A stretch of DNA of 64,000 nt, taken from contig CAVPDE010000023.1 in the NCBI GenBank assembly GCA_963702565.1, forward strand, positions 52,601 to 116,600. Direction: 5' to 3'. The notes under the pieces are model-generated. The model was not told where the DNA came from. It ran no database searches and worked only from the letters and a program-made list of their open reading frames with translations. The position numbers were made by a program, and so were the translations under genes. Within the stretch, counting starts at the first letter, position 1, and every line of letters starts with the position of its first letter. This DNA is from an uncultured delta proteobacterium (GTDB lineage: Bacteria > Desulfobacterota > DSM-4660 > Desulfatiglandales > HGW-15). Of this stretch, positions 18,535 to 26,542 are shown piece by piece.

Positions 18535-19367
18535 TCCGCCGCCAGCTTCCCGGCCTCTCCCTCTGCCATGCGATACACGTGCTCTTCGCCCGGGAAGACT
18601 CCGCTGCGCACTTCTTTGACATACGCGGCAAACACCTTTCGGTACTCGTCGGCCACGTTGCCATACTTCTTCACGAACTTGGGGGTGAAGGCCTGGAACA
18701 GGCCGAGGATGTCCGAGCAGATCATGACTTGGCCGTCGCAGTCCCCGGCCCCGATGCCGTAAACCGGAATGGGAATTTCCCTGCAGATGATCCGGGTGAC
18801 CTCGGGCGGCACGCCTTCCACCAGCACGGAGAAAGCTCCTGCCTCGTAAACGGCCTTGGCGTCTTCAATGACGGCCCTCGCGCTTTCTGCAGTGCGGCCC
18901 TGCGCCTTGAATCCTCCAAGAGCGCTGGAGCTCTGGGGAGTCAGGCCCACATGTCCCATGACCAGCATGCCGCCGTCGCTAATGGCCCGGATGATTTGAG
19001 CCACGCGCACGCCCCCTTCCAGCTTGACACAATCCACCCCGGCTTCCTTGTAGAAGCGGATGGCGCTTCGGCAGGCCTCTTCAACTCCGACCTGGTAAGA
19101 GCCGAAGGGCATGTCGCCGATAACAAAGGTGTTGGGTGCACCCCGGCGAACGGCCTCTGTATGATAGATGCACTGGTCCATGGTGACCGGCACGGTCCCC
19201 GGGTATCCGTAAACCGCCATCCCGAGGCTGTCGCCGACCAGGATCATGTCCATGCCCGCTTCCTCAGCCAACTGGGCGGTGATGAAATCATAAGAGGTGA
19301 CCCAAACCGCTCGCTGGCCTTTCTCTTTCATGTTTTGAAGATCAAATCGTGTGAGTTTCTTTTTCAT
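18522..19367 (-). CDS. panB: 3-methyl-2-oxobutanoate hydroxymethyltransferase family protein
   Basis: VTSYDFITAQLAEEAGMDMILVGDSLGM and GDMPFGSYQ motifs with typical PanB length. GGAGGA RBS upstream of ATG 19367. Confidence 0.85.
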   Translation of the reverse strand: MKKKLTRFDLQNMKEKGQRAVWVTSYDFITAQLAEEAGMDMILVGDSLGMAVYGYPGTVPVTMDQCIYHTEAVRRGAPNTFVIGDMPFGSYQVGVEEACRSAIRFYKEAGVDCVKLEGGVRVAQIIRAISDGGMLVMGHVGLTPQSSSALGGFKAQGRTAESARAVIEDAKAVYEAGAFSVLVEGVPPEVTRIICREIPIPVYGIGAGDCDGQVMICSDILGLFQAFTPKFVKKYGNVADEYRKVFAAYVKEVRSGVFPGEEHVYRMAEGEAGKLAAEWEK

Positions 19368-19501
19368 GTGCCTTTCCTCCTGCCTGTCCCTGAAGATCCT
19401 TTTGACAATAGTTGAATCGGAGAAGGTGGGATTTTCGCATGTGGACGGCCTAAGTCAACGAAAATCTGGTCGTCCATAAGGCCTTCGGTTTCCATTCCTG
19501 C

Positions 19502-22060
19502 TCAGCGCTTGCGGGGCTTGGCCTGCCTTGTGGGGAGAGCTTTCCACGGGTCATCCGGCCAGGGGTGTTTCGGGTAGCGGCCTTTCAGCTCCTTCTTCAC
19601 CTGCTGGTACCCGCTGTTCCAGAAGCCCTTCAAGTCTTGGGTCACCTGAACCGGCTTGCGGGCCGGAGACAGGAGGTGGAGGAGCACCTTCACCCGCCCG
19701 CCGCTGATTTTCGGAGTGTCCGCCAGGCCGAACATCTCCTGGAGCTTTACCGCCAGAATCGGGATGTCTCCGGAGACGTAATCGAGAGTTACCCGGTGGC
19801 CGCTCGGCACGAGGAGGGATTCGGGTGCTCGCTCGTTCAGCACCCGCTGCTGCTCTCTTGACAGTCGGGCACGCAAGGGAGGCAGGAGGTGCAGGTTTGC
19901 CAATTGTTCCCTGGTACGGATTCCCTTTAGCCAGGGCATGAGCCATTCCTCGGGGATGGAGAGGAGACGTGTTTCCGAAAGGTCCGGCCAGTTTTCCGCA
20001 GGGAAGGTCCTTTTCATCAGGCTCGCCCGGCCCTGGAGTTGCCGGGCCTCCTCGCCGAAGACGATCCTGGCCGAGCCCGACCGGATCGCTTCGCAGAGGA
20101 GGGGGGCCACTTCCTCCTCTTTGGGTGCAAAAGGCTTGGCTGATAATTGCAGTGCCCCCAGCTTCTCCTCGACGGTAGCGATGATCCTCCCTTCCCTTTT
20201 GTCCCATTCCACTCGCCTTATGCTCTCGATGCTCTGGCTCAGTTCCTCCCGGAGGAGATCTTCGGCAACCGGCTCGGCCAGGTGCACCATGCCTTCGGCT
20301 TTCTCCCCCGCATCCACTTGCGCCGCGAGGATAAAAGGGCTCTTCGCAAGGCGGCTCGTGGAAGGAAGCCGCACGCCCCTTCCCTGGCAGAGGATGAAAC
20401 GCCCGTTTCCTTCCTCGCGCCTCTTCGCGATCCGGTCGGGAAAGGCGCGGAGGAGGAGACGGGGGATGGTCGCGCCCTCCTCTTCCCTGCATGCTCTGGA
20501 ATCCGCCCCGGCCATAAGGCGCAGGAGCTGCTGCGACGCCCGGTCCACGGCCCGCAGGGCCCAGGGATCGGTTCCTCCCGGGGCTTCTTTTTGCTTTCGC
20601 CACCGCCGCAGAAGGTCGAGTCTTCCGCCGAGATCGGAGCCTTCGCCGTACGCCATGAAGCAGGCTGCCTCACGGCGGAGGATGTCCCGCTCCGAAAGGA
20701 CAGCCGCAAGGTCCGCACCGAGGCGAGGGCATCCGAGTTCGGCAGCCCTCTGCGACAGACGCCCGAGCCGGGGATGGAGCGGCAGCCGGGCCATCCACCG
20801 GCCGACCGGAGTCGCGGAGCCCTTAGGGTCAAGAGCGCCCAATTCCATGAGAAGACGCCGGCCCGATTCCCATGCGGCCTTGGGCGGTGGGTCCAGCCAG
20901 GAGAGTTCGGTCGGGTCCTTCACCCCCCGCACCGCCAGTTCGAGGATCAGGGGGGAGAGGTCGGCTAAGAGCATTTCCGGCGGGGTAAAAGGGATCATTC
21001 CTTGAAAAGTATGGCGGCTGTAAAGGCGGTAGCAGACGCCCGGACCGAGGCGGCCGGCCCTGCCTTTCCTCTGCTCTGCCGCCGCCCTGGAAACCGCGAC
21101 CGTGACCAGACGGTTCATGCCGGTGGCCGGGTCATGCTGAAGCCTTCGGGTGAGGCCGCTGTCGATCACCACCTTCACCCCTTCGATGGTCAGGCTCGTT
21201 TCGGCAATGTTCGTCGCCAGAACGATTTTTCGTTTTGCCGAAGGGAGAATCGCCCTCTCCTGCTCTTCAAAGGGGAGGTCTCCGTAAAGAGGATGAATGG
21301 AGATGCCGGCCGCTTTGCCTTCCAGAGCGGCCCGCAAGGATTCGCAGCAAGCGCGGATCTCGCCCCCGCCGGGTAGGAACACGAGAATGTCGCCGGAGGT
21401 CTCTCGCAGGGCGGTGAGGACCGTTGCCGTGATTTTCGCCTGAAGGGGCCTATCCTGCTCGTCCGGCCGGTAGCGCTCTTCCACCGGAAAGGCTTCGCCC
21501 GCAGAGGAGATCACCGGCGCCCCGCCCAGCAGGGATGCTACCGGCCCGCAGTCCAGGGTCGCCGACATGACTAAAATTTTGAGGTCTTTCCTGAGGGCGC
21601 GGCGGATATCGAGACAGAGCGCCAGGCTGAGGTCGGCCTGAAGGCTCCGCTCATGGAACTCGTCGAAGATGACCATGGCCACACCTTTCAGACCGGGATC
21701 GGTCTGGATGCGGCGGGTGAGGATTCCCTCTGTGACCACTTCGATCCGGGTCTTCTCAGAAACCCGGCTTTCGAACCGGATGCTATAGCCCATGGTCCCC
21801 CCGATCTCCTCGCCGAGGGTTTTGGCCATCCACCGGGCTGCGGAGACCGCCGCGATCCGGCGCGGTTCGAGCATCAGGATCCGTCCCTTTTCAGGGGGTA
21901 TCCCTTCGAGCAGCGCCAGGGGGGTGCGCGTCGTTTTCCCAGAACCGGGCGGGGCCTGCAGAACCGCTGAATGGCCGGCCAGCACCGTTTCCTTTACCGT
22001 AGGAAGGATTTCGTCGATGGGGTAGGATTTCCCCTCCAGGACCCGCTTCATAGCTTTCAT
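19502..22060 (-). CDS. hrpB: ATP-dependent RNA helicase HrpB
   Basis: Walker A PGSGKTT, DEFH box (FDEFHERS), HA2/OB region and an HrpB-type C-terminal domain. 852 aa. Confidence 0.9.
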   Translation of the reverse strand: MKAMKRVLEGKSYPIDEILPTVKETVLAGHSAVLQAPPGSGKTTRTPLALLEGIPPEKGRILMLEPRRIAAVSAARWMAKTLGEEIGGTMGYSIRFESRVSEKTRIEVVTEGILTRRIQTDPGLKGVAMVIFDEFHERSLQADLSLALCLDIRRALRKDLKILVMSATLDCGPVASLLGGAPVISSAGEAFPVEERYRPDEQDRPLQAKITATVLTALRETSGDILVFLPGGGEIRACCESLRAALEGKAAGISIHPLYGDLPFEEQERAILPSAKRKIVLATNIAETSLTIEGVKVVIDSGLTRRLQHDPATGMNRLVTVAVSRAAAEQRKGRAGRLGPGVCYRLYSRHTFQGMIPFTPPEMLLADLSPLILELAVRGVKDPTELSWLDPPPKAAWESGRRLLMELGALDPKGSATPVGRWMARLPLHPRLGRLSQRAAELGCPRLGADLAAVLSERDILRREAACFMAYGEGSDLGGRLDLLRRWRKQKEAPGGTDPWALRAVDRASQQLLRLMAGADSRACREEEGATIPRLLLRAFPDRIAKRREEGNGRFILCQGRGVRLPSTSRLAKSPFILAAQVDAGEKAEGMVHLAEPVAEDLLREELSQSIESIRRVEWDKREGRIIATVEEKLGALQLSAKPFAPKEEEVAPLLCEAIRSGSARIVFGEEARQLQGRASLMKRTFPAENWPDLSETRLLSIPEEWLMPWLKGIRTREQLANLHLLPPLRARLSREQQRVLNERAPESLLVPSGHRVTLDYVSGDIPILAVKLQEMFGLADTPKISGGRVKVLLHLLSPARKPVQVTQDLKGFWNSGYQQVKKELKGRYPKHPWPDDPWKALPTRQAKPRKR

Positions 22061-22097
22061 TAAAGCCCATTGGCGGAGGCCGGGTCAAGTCAAGGTT

Positions 22098-22185
22098 TGA
22101 CTCTTTTGCTGCCAGGGGCAGGGTGTCGTGCTCATCCCGTCTAAGAAACTTGTGATCGTAAGGAGTATGACTCTTTTGCTGCCAG
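22098..22185. repeat. Two direct copies of an 18-bp motif, each followed by a short hairpin
   Basis: 'tgactcttttgctgccag' occurs at 22098-22115 and 22168-22185. The copies are followed by ctgcc-agg-ggcag and ccagc-gta-gctgg respectively. Confidence 0.7.
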
Positions 22186-22192
22186 CGTAGCT

Positions 22193-23230
22193 GGGGTCAC
22201 ATCTTGAATTGTGAATTAAGTTTCTTCACTTTTCGCCCCACCCGTGGGTCTTTCTTGATGTGTTCCTTCACATCCCTGACAATATGGCTGACTGCCGAAT
22301 AGGAAACTCCGAAAACTTGCCCAATTTCCTCATTCCGGAACGCTCCCATCTCCCAAAGGGCATAAACCACAAGATCCCGATCCTCTTTCATCCCTCCTCG
22401 AACCCTCTGTCCCGGAGTATATCCATTCATCTCTCTCCCCAGCAAGGCCGCGGCATGCTTGGCTGCCCCCTTCAAGTCGATGCTTCCAAGCACCTTCTTC
22501 AGTTGAGGGATTTCCTTGTGAGCCACAATACCTCCTCTCGAAGACCGGATATCTTCCACAAATCCCTCACTTCCTAGTATCACTCCGTGCCGGAAGTCCT
22601 CCCAGAGCCGACCCTCCTCTCCGGCATACTCCTGTACCTTCTTCCTGTAAGCCTTGTGCCCCCTTCTGCCTCCAAAATAAGACAGAATAAGATCCGTCTT
22701 CAGCCAATCGGCTCCCTTCTTCCCATAGGCGTACGCAGGATAACTGCTCCAGCGGTAGTCGATCAGGCGCTTCACCATCCCCGCTCTCAACGGGTTCCTA
22801 TGGACATAACAGGACAGTTCCACGACGTAAGCATCGTTTTCCACCACCATGGCTTTGAATCGCCCCTGGAAGAGGTGTCCGTGTCTCCCCAGCCGGTTAT
22901 TGAGCCTGCGCGCATAGGTCAGCCCGAGCCACTGCATGGCCCTGGATAGATTGGGTAGGTTTGTACGTAGAATCAGATGGTAGTGGTTGCTCATCAGAAC
23001 AAAGGCAAAGACATCTATCTTGAAGCGATCCGATGTCTCCCCAAGCGTGCGTAGGAACAGCTTCCGATCTCCATCGTCGAAAAAGATATTCCTTCCTTCA
23101 TTGCCCCTGGACAGGACATGATAGTAAGCCCCTCCATACTGTATCCGCCACGGTCTAGCCAACGTTATTGCCTCCTGAATTGCCATCACCTCTATACTGC
23201 ATAATAATTCACAATTCAAGATGTGACCCC
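22193..23230 (-). mobile_element. REPtron-like unit: RAYT-type Y1 transposase gene bracketed by perfect 26-bp inverted repeats
   Basis: 'ggggtcacatcttgaattgtgaatta' (22193-22218) is the exact reverse complement of 23205-23230. Each copy contains a tcaca/tgtga hairpin. Confidence 0.65.
22197..23186 (-). CDS. IS200-like/REP-associated tyrosine (Y1, HUH) transposase with a C-terminal DnaA-domain-IV-like HTH
   Basis: HUH motif in MSNHYHLIL, and CYVHRNPLRAGMV (Tyr motif typical of COG1943/RAYT proteins). C-terminus VVYALWEMGAFRNEEIGQVFGVSYSAVSHIV resembles the DnaA C-terminal HTH. Start moved to ATG 23186. Confidence 0.75.
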   Translation of the reverse strand: MAIQEAITLARPWRIQYGGAYYHVLSRGNEGRNIFFDDGDRKLFLRTLGETSDRFKIDVFAFVLMSNHYHLILRTNLPNLSRAMQWLGLTYARRLNNRLGRHGHLFQGRFKAMVVENDAYVVELSCYVHRNPLRAGMVKRLIDYRWSSYPAYAYGKKGADWLKTDLILSYFGGRRGHKAYRKKVQEYAGEEGRLWEDFRHGVILGSEGFVEDIRSSRGGIVAHKEIPQLKKVLGSIDLKGAAKHAAALLGREMNGYTPGQRVRGGMKEDRDLVVYALWEMGAFRNEEIGQVFGVSYSAVSHIVRDVKEHIKKDPRVGRKVKKLNSQFKM

Positions 23231-23339
23231 TCCACCCCATGGGATTGGGAATCAGGGGCGCGCAACAGAAAGGAGGGCCAACCTCCAATTCGGTCAGGCG
23301 ACATCCTGACGGAGAAAGAGCCGGCCCCAAATACGGGAA

Positions 23340-25037
23340 TCATCCTTCAGTCCACTGAAGAAACTTCTTCTCTCCCTCGTAGGTCCCGATCAGTATCAGC
23401 TCCGCGTCCTCCTGGATCGGCGCCTGCGGATCAGGATTGATCGCCATGACGCCGTCGACCTTGATGGCGGCGACGGAGCACCCTGTCATCTGTCGGATCT
23501 TGGATTGGGCGAGATTCTTGCCCACGAGCGCCTTCGGAGCCTTCAGGCGGAACACGTTCAGACCCTCGGCCAACATCAGGGTGTCTTCGTTTCTCAGAAA
23601 ATTGAAAATCGCGTTGGCCCCCAGGGAGGAATAAGACATCACGAAATCGGTGCCGGCCCGGTGAAGGGTGGACACATTGCGCTCCAGGTTCGCCCGGCTT
23701 AGGATTTGCATATCCGGCCTCAAACTTCGCAGGTATTTCGTCAGGTAGATGTTCGTGTCATCATCGTGGGTGGTGACCAGGGCCGCGGGGGCTTTTTCGA
23801 TCCAGGCCTTTTGCAGCGTGCGGATATCTGCGGCGTCCCCTACCACGTAGTTTGCCTCCTCCTGTGCCCTTCGGGGGTTTTTCTCGATAATCAGGAAGGG
23901 CATGTCCCTTTCCTTGAACCGATCCGCGATGGTCTGGCCGACACGCCCACCCCCGACGATGAGGACAGGATTCGTCGTCAGACGGCAGATGTGGTAAAAG
24001 GAATAGACATCGTCATAGGCCGAAAGGTTCTTTCTGGTGCCTGCCAGCACGAGGACGCTGTTGCGGTCGATTCTGCTCGAGGCATTGGGGATTCTGAACT
24101 GCCCCCGTTCCCAGATTCCCACCACACTCACTCCGAAGTCTTCCCTCACCCGGATTTCTGCGAGCGATCTTCCGACCAGAGGGGTTCCGAAGGCGGGGAA
24201 CTCTGCGAGGATCAATTCATCAAACTCGCTGATGACGTTCGAGCGGCAGTCTCCGCCCACGGTCCATGCCGCCAGGGAGCGGCCCAACATCTCATAAAGG
24301 TGAAGGACTCGTGTGCTCCCGGCCATTTGAAGGATGTCTTCGGAGTAGGGTGAATCGGCGGTGGTGACGATCGGGACCTGCTCATTGAGTTCACGAACCG
24401 TAAAGGCAATGTTGGTGTTGATTTCGTCCCGATGGGTGGCCACGACAAGAGAGGCCCGGTCGACCCGCATTTTGCGGTAGGTTTCGGGATCGTCGATGAT
24501 CCCTACGGCAACGCGAATGCCCGCATCGTAGAGTTCCAATGCCCGCCGGAGGTCGTCCACAATCAGAACATAGTCGTGGCGGTGACTTTTCAGCTTTTCG
24601 ATGAGGGCTGTGGTCACCGGGTCATAGGCGGTGAGGATCACGTGGTCTTTTGTTTCCGGCGGGAGTTCCTTGGGCGCGCGTTTTCTCGATTCGGCTTCGA
24701 TCCAGGGCGCGTAGAAGAACTTGATGAAGGTGAAAGGAAGGAGGGTGAGGAGGAAAACCACCCCGGACAGAAGCACGACGATGGAAAACGCGCGGCCCAA
24801 ATCCGAATGGAAGGTGATATCGCCGAAACCCAAGGTGGTCATCACCGTGAGAGTCCAGTAGATGCCGGTGATCCAGGAATAGTCCCGCCCTTCATAGGCC
24901 ATGAGAAAATGGAAAGCGATGCTGTAAGCGGTCACGAGGATGACGAGAACGAGGAGGAATTTGAAAAGCAGGCGGAGATTGCGCTTGGTGCTTTCGCCAT
25001 GAACAAAATAGCCCAGTACGGACGGGTAGTACTTCAC
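23340..25037 (-). CDS. Two-TM potassium channel with tandem RCK/TrkA domains
   Basis: Selectivity filter TTLGFGDITF. Rossmann-type RCK segments (VLIVGGGRVGQ). Proposed GTG start at 25037 is preceded by GGGGAGAG. The 139 upstream codons of the ORF-track ORF are not protein-like, so the start is uncertain. Confidence 0.75.
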   Translation of the reverse strand: MKYYPSVLGYFVHGESTKRNLRLLFKFLLVLVILVTAYSIAFHFLMAYEGRDYSWITGIYWTLTVMTTLGFGDITFHSDLGRAFSIVVLLSGVVFLLTLLPFTFIKFFYAPWIEAESRKRAPKELPPETKDHVILTAYDPVTTALIEKLKSHRHDYVLIVDDLRRALELYDAGIRVAVGIIDDPETYRKMRVDRASLVVATHRDEINTNIAFTVRELNEQVPIVTTADSPYSEDILQMAGSTRVLHLYEMLGRSLAAWTVGGDCRSNVISEFDELILAEFPAFGTPLVGRSLAEIRVREDFGVSVVGIWERGQFRIPNASSRIDRNSVLVLAGTRKNLSAYDDVYSFYHICRLTTNPVLIVGGGRVGQTIADRFKERDMPFLIIEKNPRRAQEEANYVVGDAADIRTLQKAWIEKAPAALVTTHDDDTNIYLTKYLRSLRPDMQILSRANLERNVSTLHRAGTDFVMSYSSLGANAIFNFLRNEDTLMLAEGLNVFRLKAPKALVGKNLAQSKIRQMTGCSVAAIKVDGVMAINPDPQAPIQEDAELILIGTYEGEKKFLQWTEG

Positions 25038-25431
25038 AGGTTCTCTCCCCGAGGTAAGTAAACCGCAGAATACCCGCCTGCCCTGCGAAACACTTCGCAG
25101 CGCAATGGAAGCCGCAGCAGCAACAGGCACGCTGGATCCACAAAGAATCATTTTGCGGGCACAGCGGGCAGGTCGGAGAACGAATATCGAAGGCCGAAGG
25201 AAACAACAGAAGGGGCTTAACTCTGTCGTTCGAAATGACCTTTTCGACATTCGACGTTCGGGTTTCGGAATCTGTTCTTGACTGCGTTCACAGGCCTGCC
25301 CTAGGGTATTGTAGGTCAAAGACCTTGTCAACAGTGCGAAAGAGGGGTGGGGACATGACAAAAAAGCCGACGGGGAGTAGAATATGTTCCGGGTCAGAAA
25401 CAAAACGGTGAAAAAGAGAAAGGAGGAGATG

Positions 25432-26412
25432 ATGCGAACCATTGTCTCTGTCACGGTTTTGGTTATCTCTGCCCTGGTGTGGGGTTCCGGTCAAGCGGCT
25501 GATCAAGGCAATTCGGTCAGCCTTTCATGGAAATTCAAAGAGGTGGAGTTCACCTGGACCACCGAGTTCAAATCCAAGGACCTTCAGGACTACCGCAGCA
25601 GGACCAGGCCCCGAACGATCGACTACTCCATCTACGCCTCGGATCGCGTGGACGATCAGTACATGAAAGAACTCACGGGCCTGTTCAGGAAATACGCGCA
25701 GCAGTACAACATGAGCAGGCGGGAGACGATCGATTTCGTGGGTTCCTTCGTGCAGCAGCTTCCGTACACTTCAGACAGGGTGACGACGCCTTATGATGAG
25801 TATCCCCGCTTTCCGCTCGAAACTCTCTACGAGAAGGGCGGAGACTGCGAAGACACGGCCATCCTGTCAGCCACGATTCTCAAAGAAATGGGATATGATG
25901 TGGTGCTGATTGCCTTCAAAAGGCACATGGGCCTCGGGGTGGCCTGCAACGAATGTGACGGCAACTCCTATGAGGCGTCGGGCAGGAAGTACTACTACCT
26001 GGAAACCACCGGGGAGGGGTGGAAGGTGGGAGCCTTGCCCAGCCAGTATGAAGACGAGCATCCAAGACTCTTCCCCCTGATCCCTCAGCCTATCATCGAT
26101 GCGGAGCTCTCCTGCAGGGTGATCCAGGAGGCAGGCGGCTACAAGGTCTACGAGATAGAAGTGTCGGTCAAGAACGAGGGCTCCCTGGAAGCAAAAAACG
26201 TGAAAATCTACAATGCCCTTGGGGCGGAAAAGCAGGGAATGGTGTATTCCCAAGTGCAGAGCAACCCCATGTCGATCAAGCCCGGCGAATGGGTGTCCGC
26301 CAAGGTGAACCTTCAAGCGCCCAGAAGAGTGAAGACGCGAGCCCTCGTTGCCGTGTACGGGGACAACTTCCTGAGCCGGAGCGTGTTCTCCGACTGGTTC
26401 ACGACGGACTAG
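25432..26412 (+). CDS. Secreted transglutaminase-like putative cysteine peptidase with a C-terminal Ig-like domain
   Basis: Signal peptide MRTIVSVTVLVISALVWGSGQA. GGDCEDTAIL Cys motif followed by conserved His/Asp positions. AGGAGG lies 5 nt upstream of ATG 25432. Confidence 0.6.
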   Translation: MRTIVSVTVLVISALVWGSGQAADQGNSVSLSWKFKEVEFTWTTEFKSKDLQDYRSRTRPRTIDYSIYASDRVDDQYMKELTGLFRKYAQQYNMSRRETIDFVGSFVQQLPYTSDRVTTPYDEYPRFPLETLYEKGGDCEDTAILSATILKEMGYDVVLIAFKRHMGLGVACNECDGNSYEASGRKYYYLETTGEGWKVGALPSQYEDEHPRLFPLIPQPIIDAELSCRVIQEAGGYKVYEIEVSVKNEGSLEAKNVKIYNALGAEKQGMVYSQVQSNPMSIKPGEWVSAKVNLQAPRRVKTRALVAVYGDNFLSRSVFSDWFTTD

Positions 26413-26542
26413 GAATTTCACCGCAGCACAACTAGAGACTGGTTGAAACACGGCATTTATATTATCATGCATGCTTATTTCAGGGTTGCGGGTTGTCCTC
26501 AACGCTCAACCTGCAGTCACCCATTTGCAAAGGAGGGAGTTC

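Noticed and set aside
13323-19415. Antisense ORFs of 245-307 aa opposite the larA-like, dctM, dctP and panB genes (13323-14168, 14125-14886, 16288-17025, 17839-18762, 18579-19415)
   Set aside because: These are shadow ORFs of strongly supported genes on the other strand, with His/Arg/Gly-rich composition, no RBS and no recognisable family.
19368-19501. Promoter for the panB-led operon (TTGACT...GAAAAT on the minus strand), and a sigma-54-like TGGACG-N5-ATTT
   Set aside because: Both matches are poor at the -10/-12 element. The true promoter cannot be assigned from sequence alone.
19551-21005. Long ORFs overlapping hrpB in other frames or on the other strand (19551-20603 -, 19938-21005 +, 20147-20968 +, 20239-20832 -)
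   Set aside because: Their translations are Arg/Pro/Gly/Ser-rich low-complexity sequence, typical of shadow ORFs in GC-rich DNA. The hrpB frame carries unmistakable helicase motifs over its full length.
23187-25454. ORF-track N-terminal extensions of the RAYT-like gene (to 23330) and the K+ channel (to 25454)
   Set aside because: The extensions are not protein-like. The RAYT extension runs through the right inverted repeat, and the channel extension overlaps the divergent promoter region. Internal starts with RBS-like sequences give proteins of normal length.
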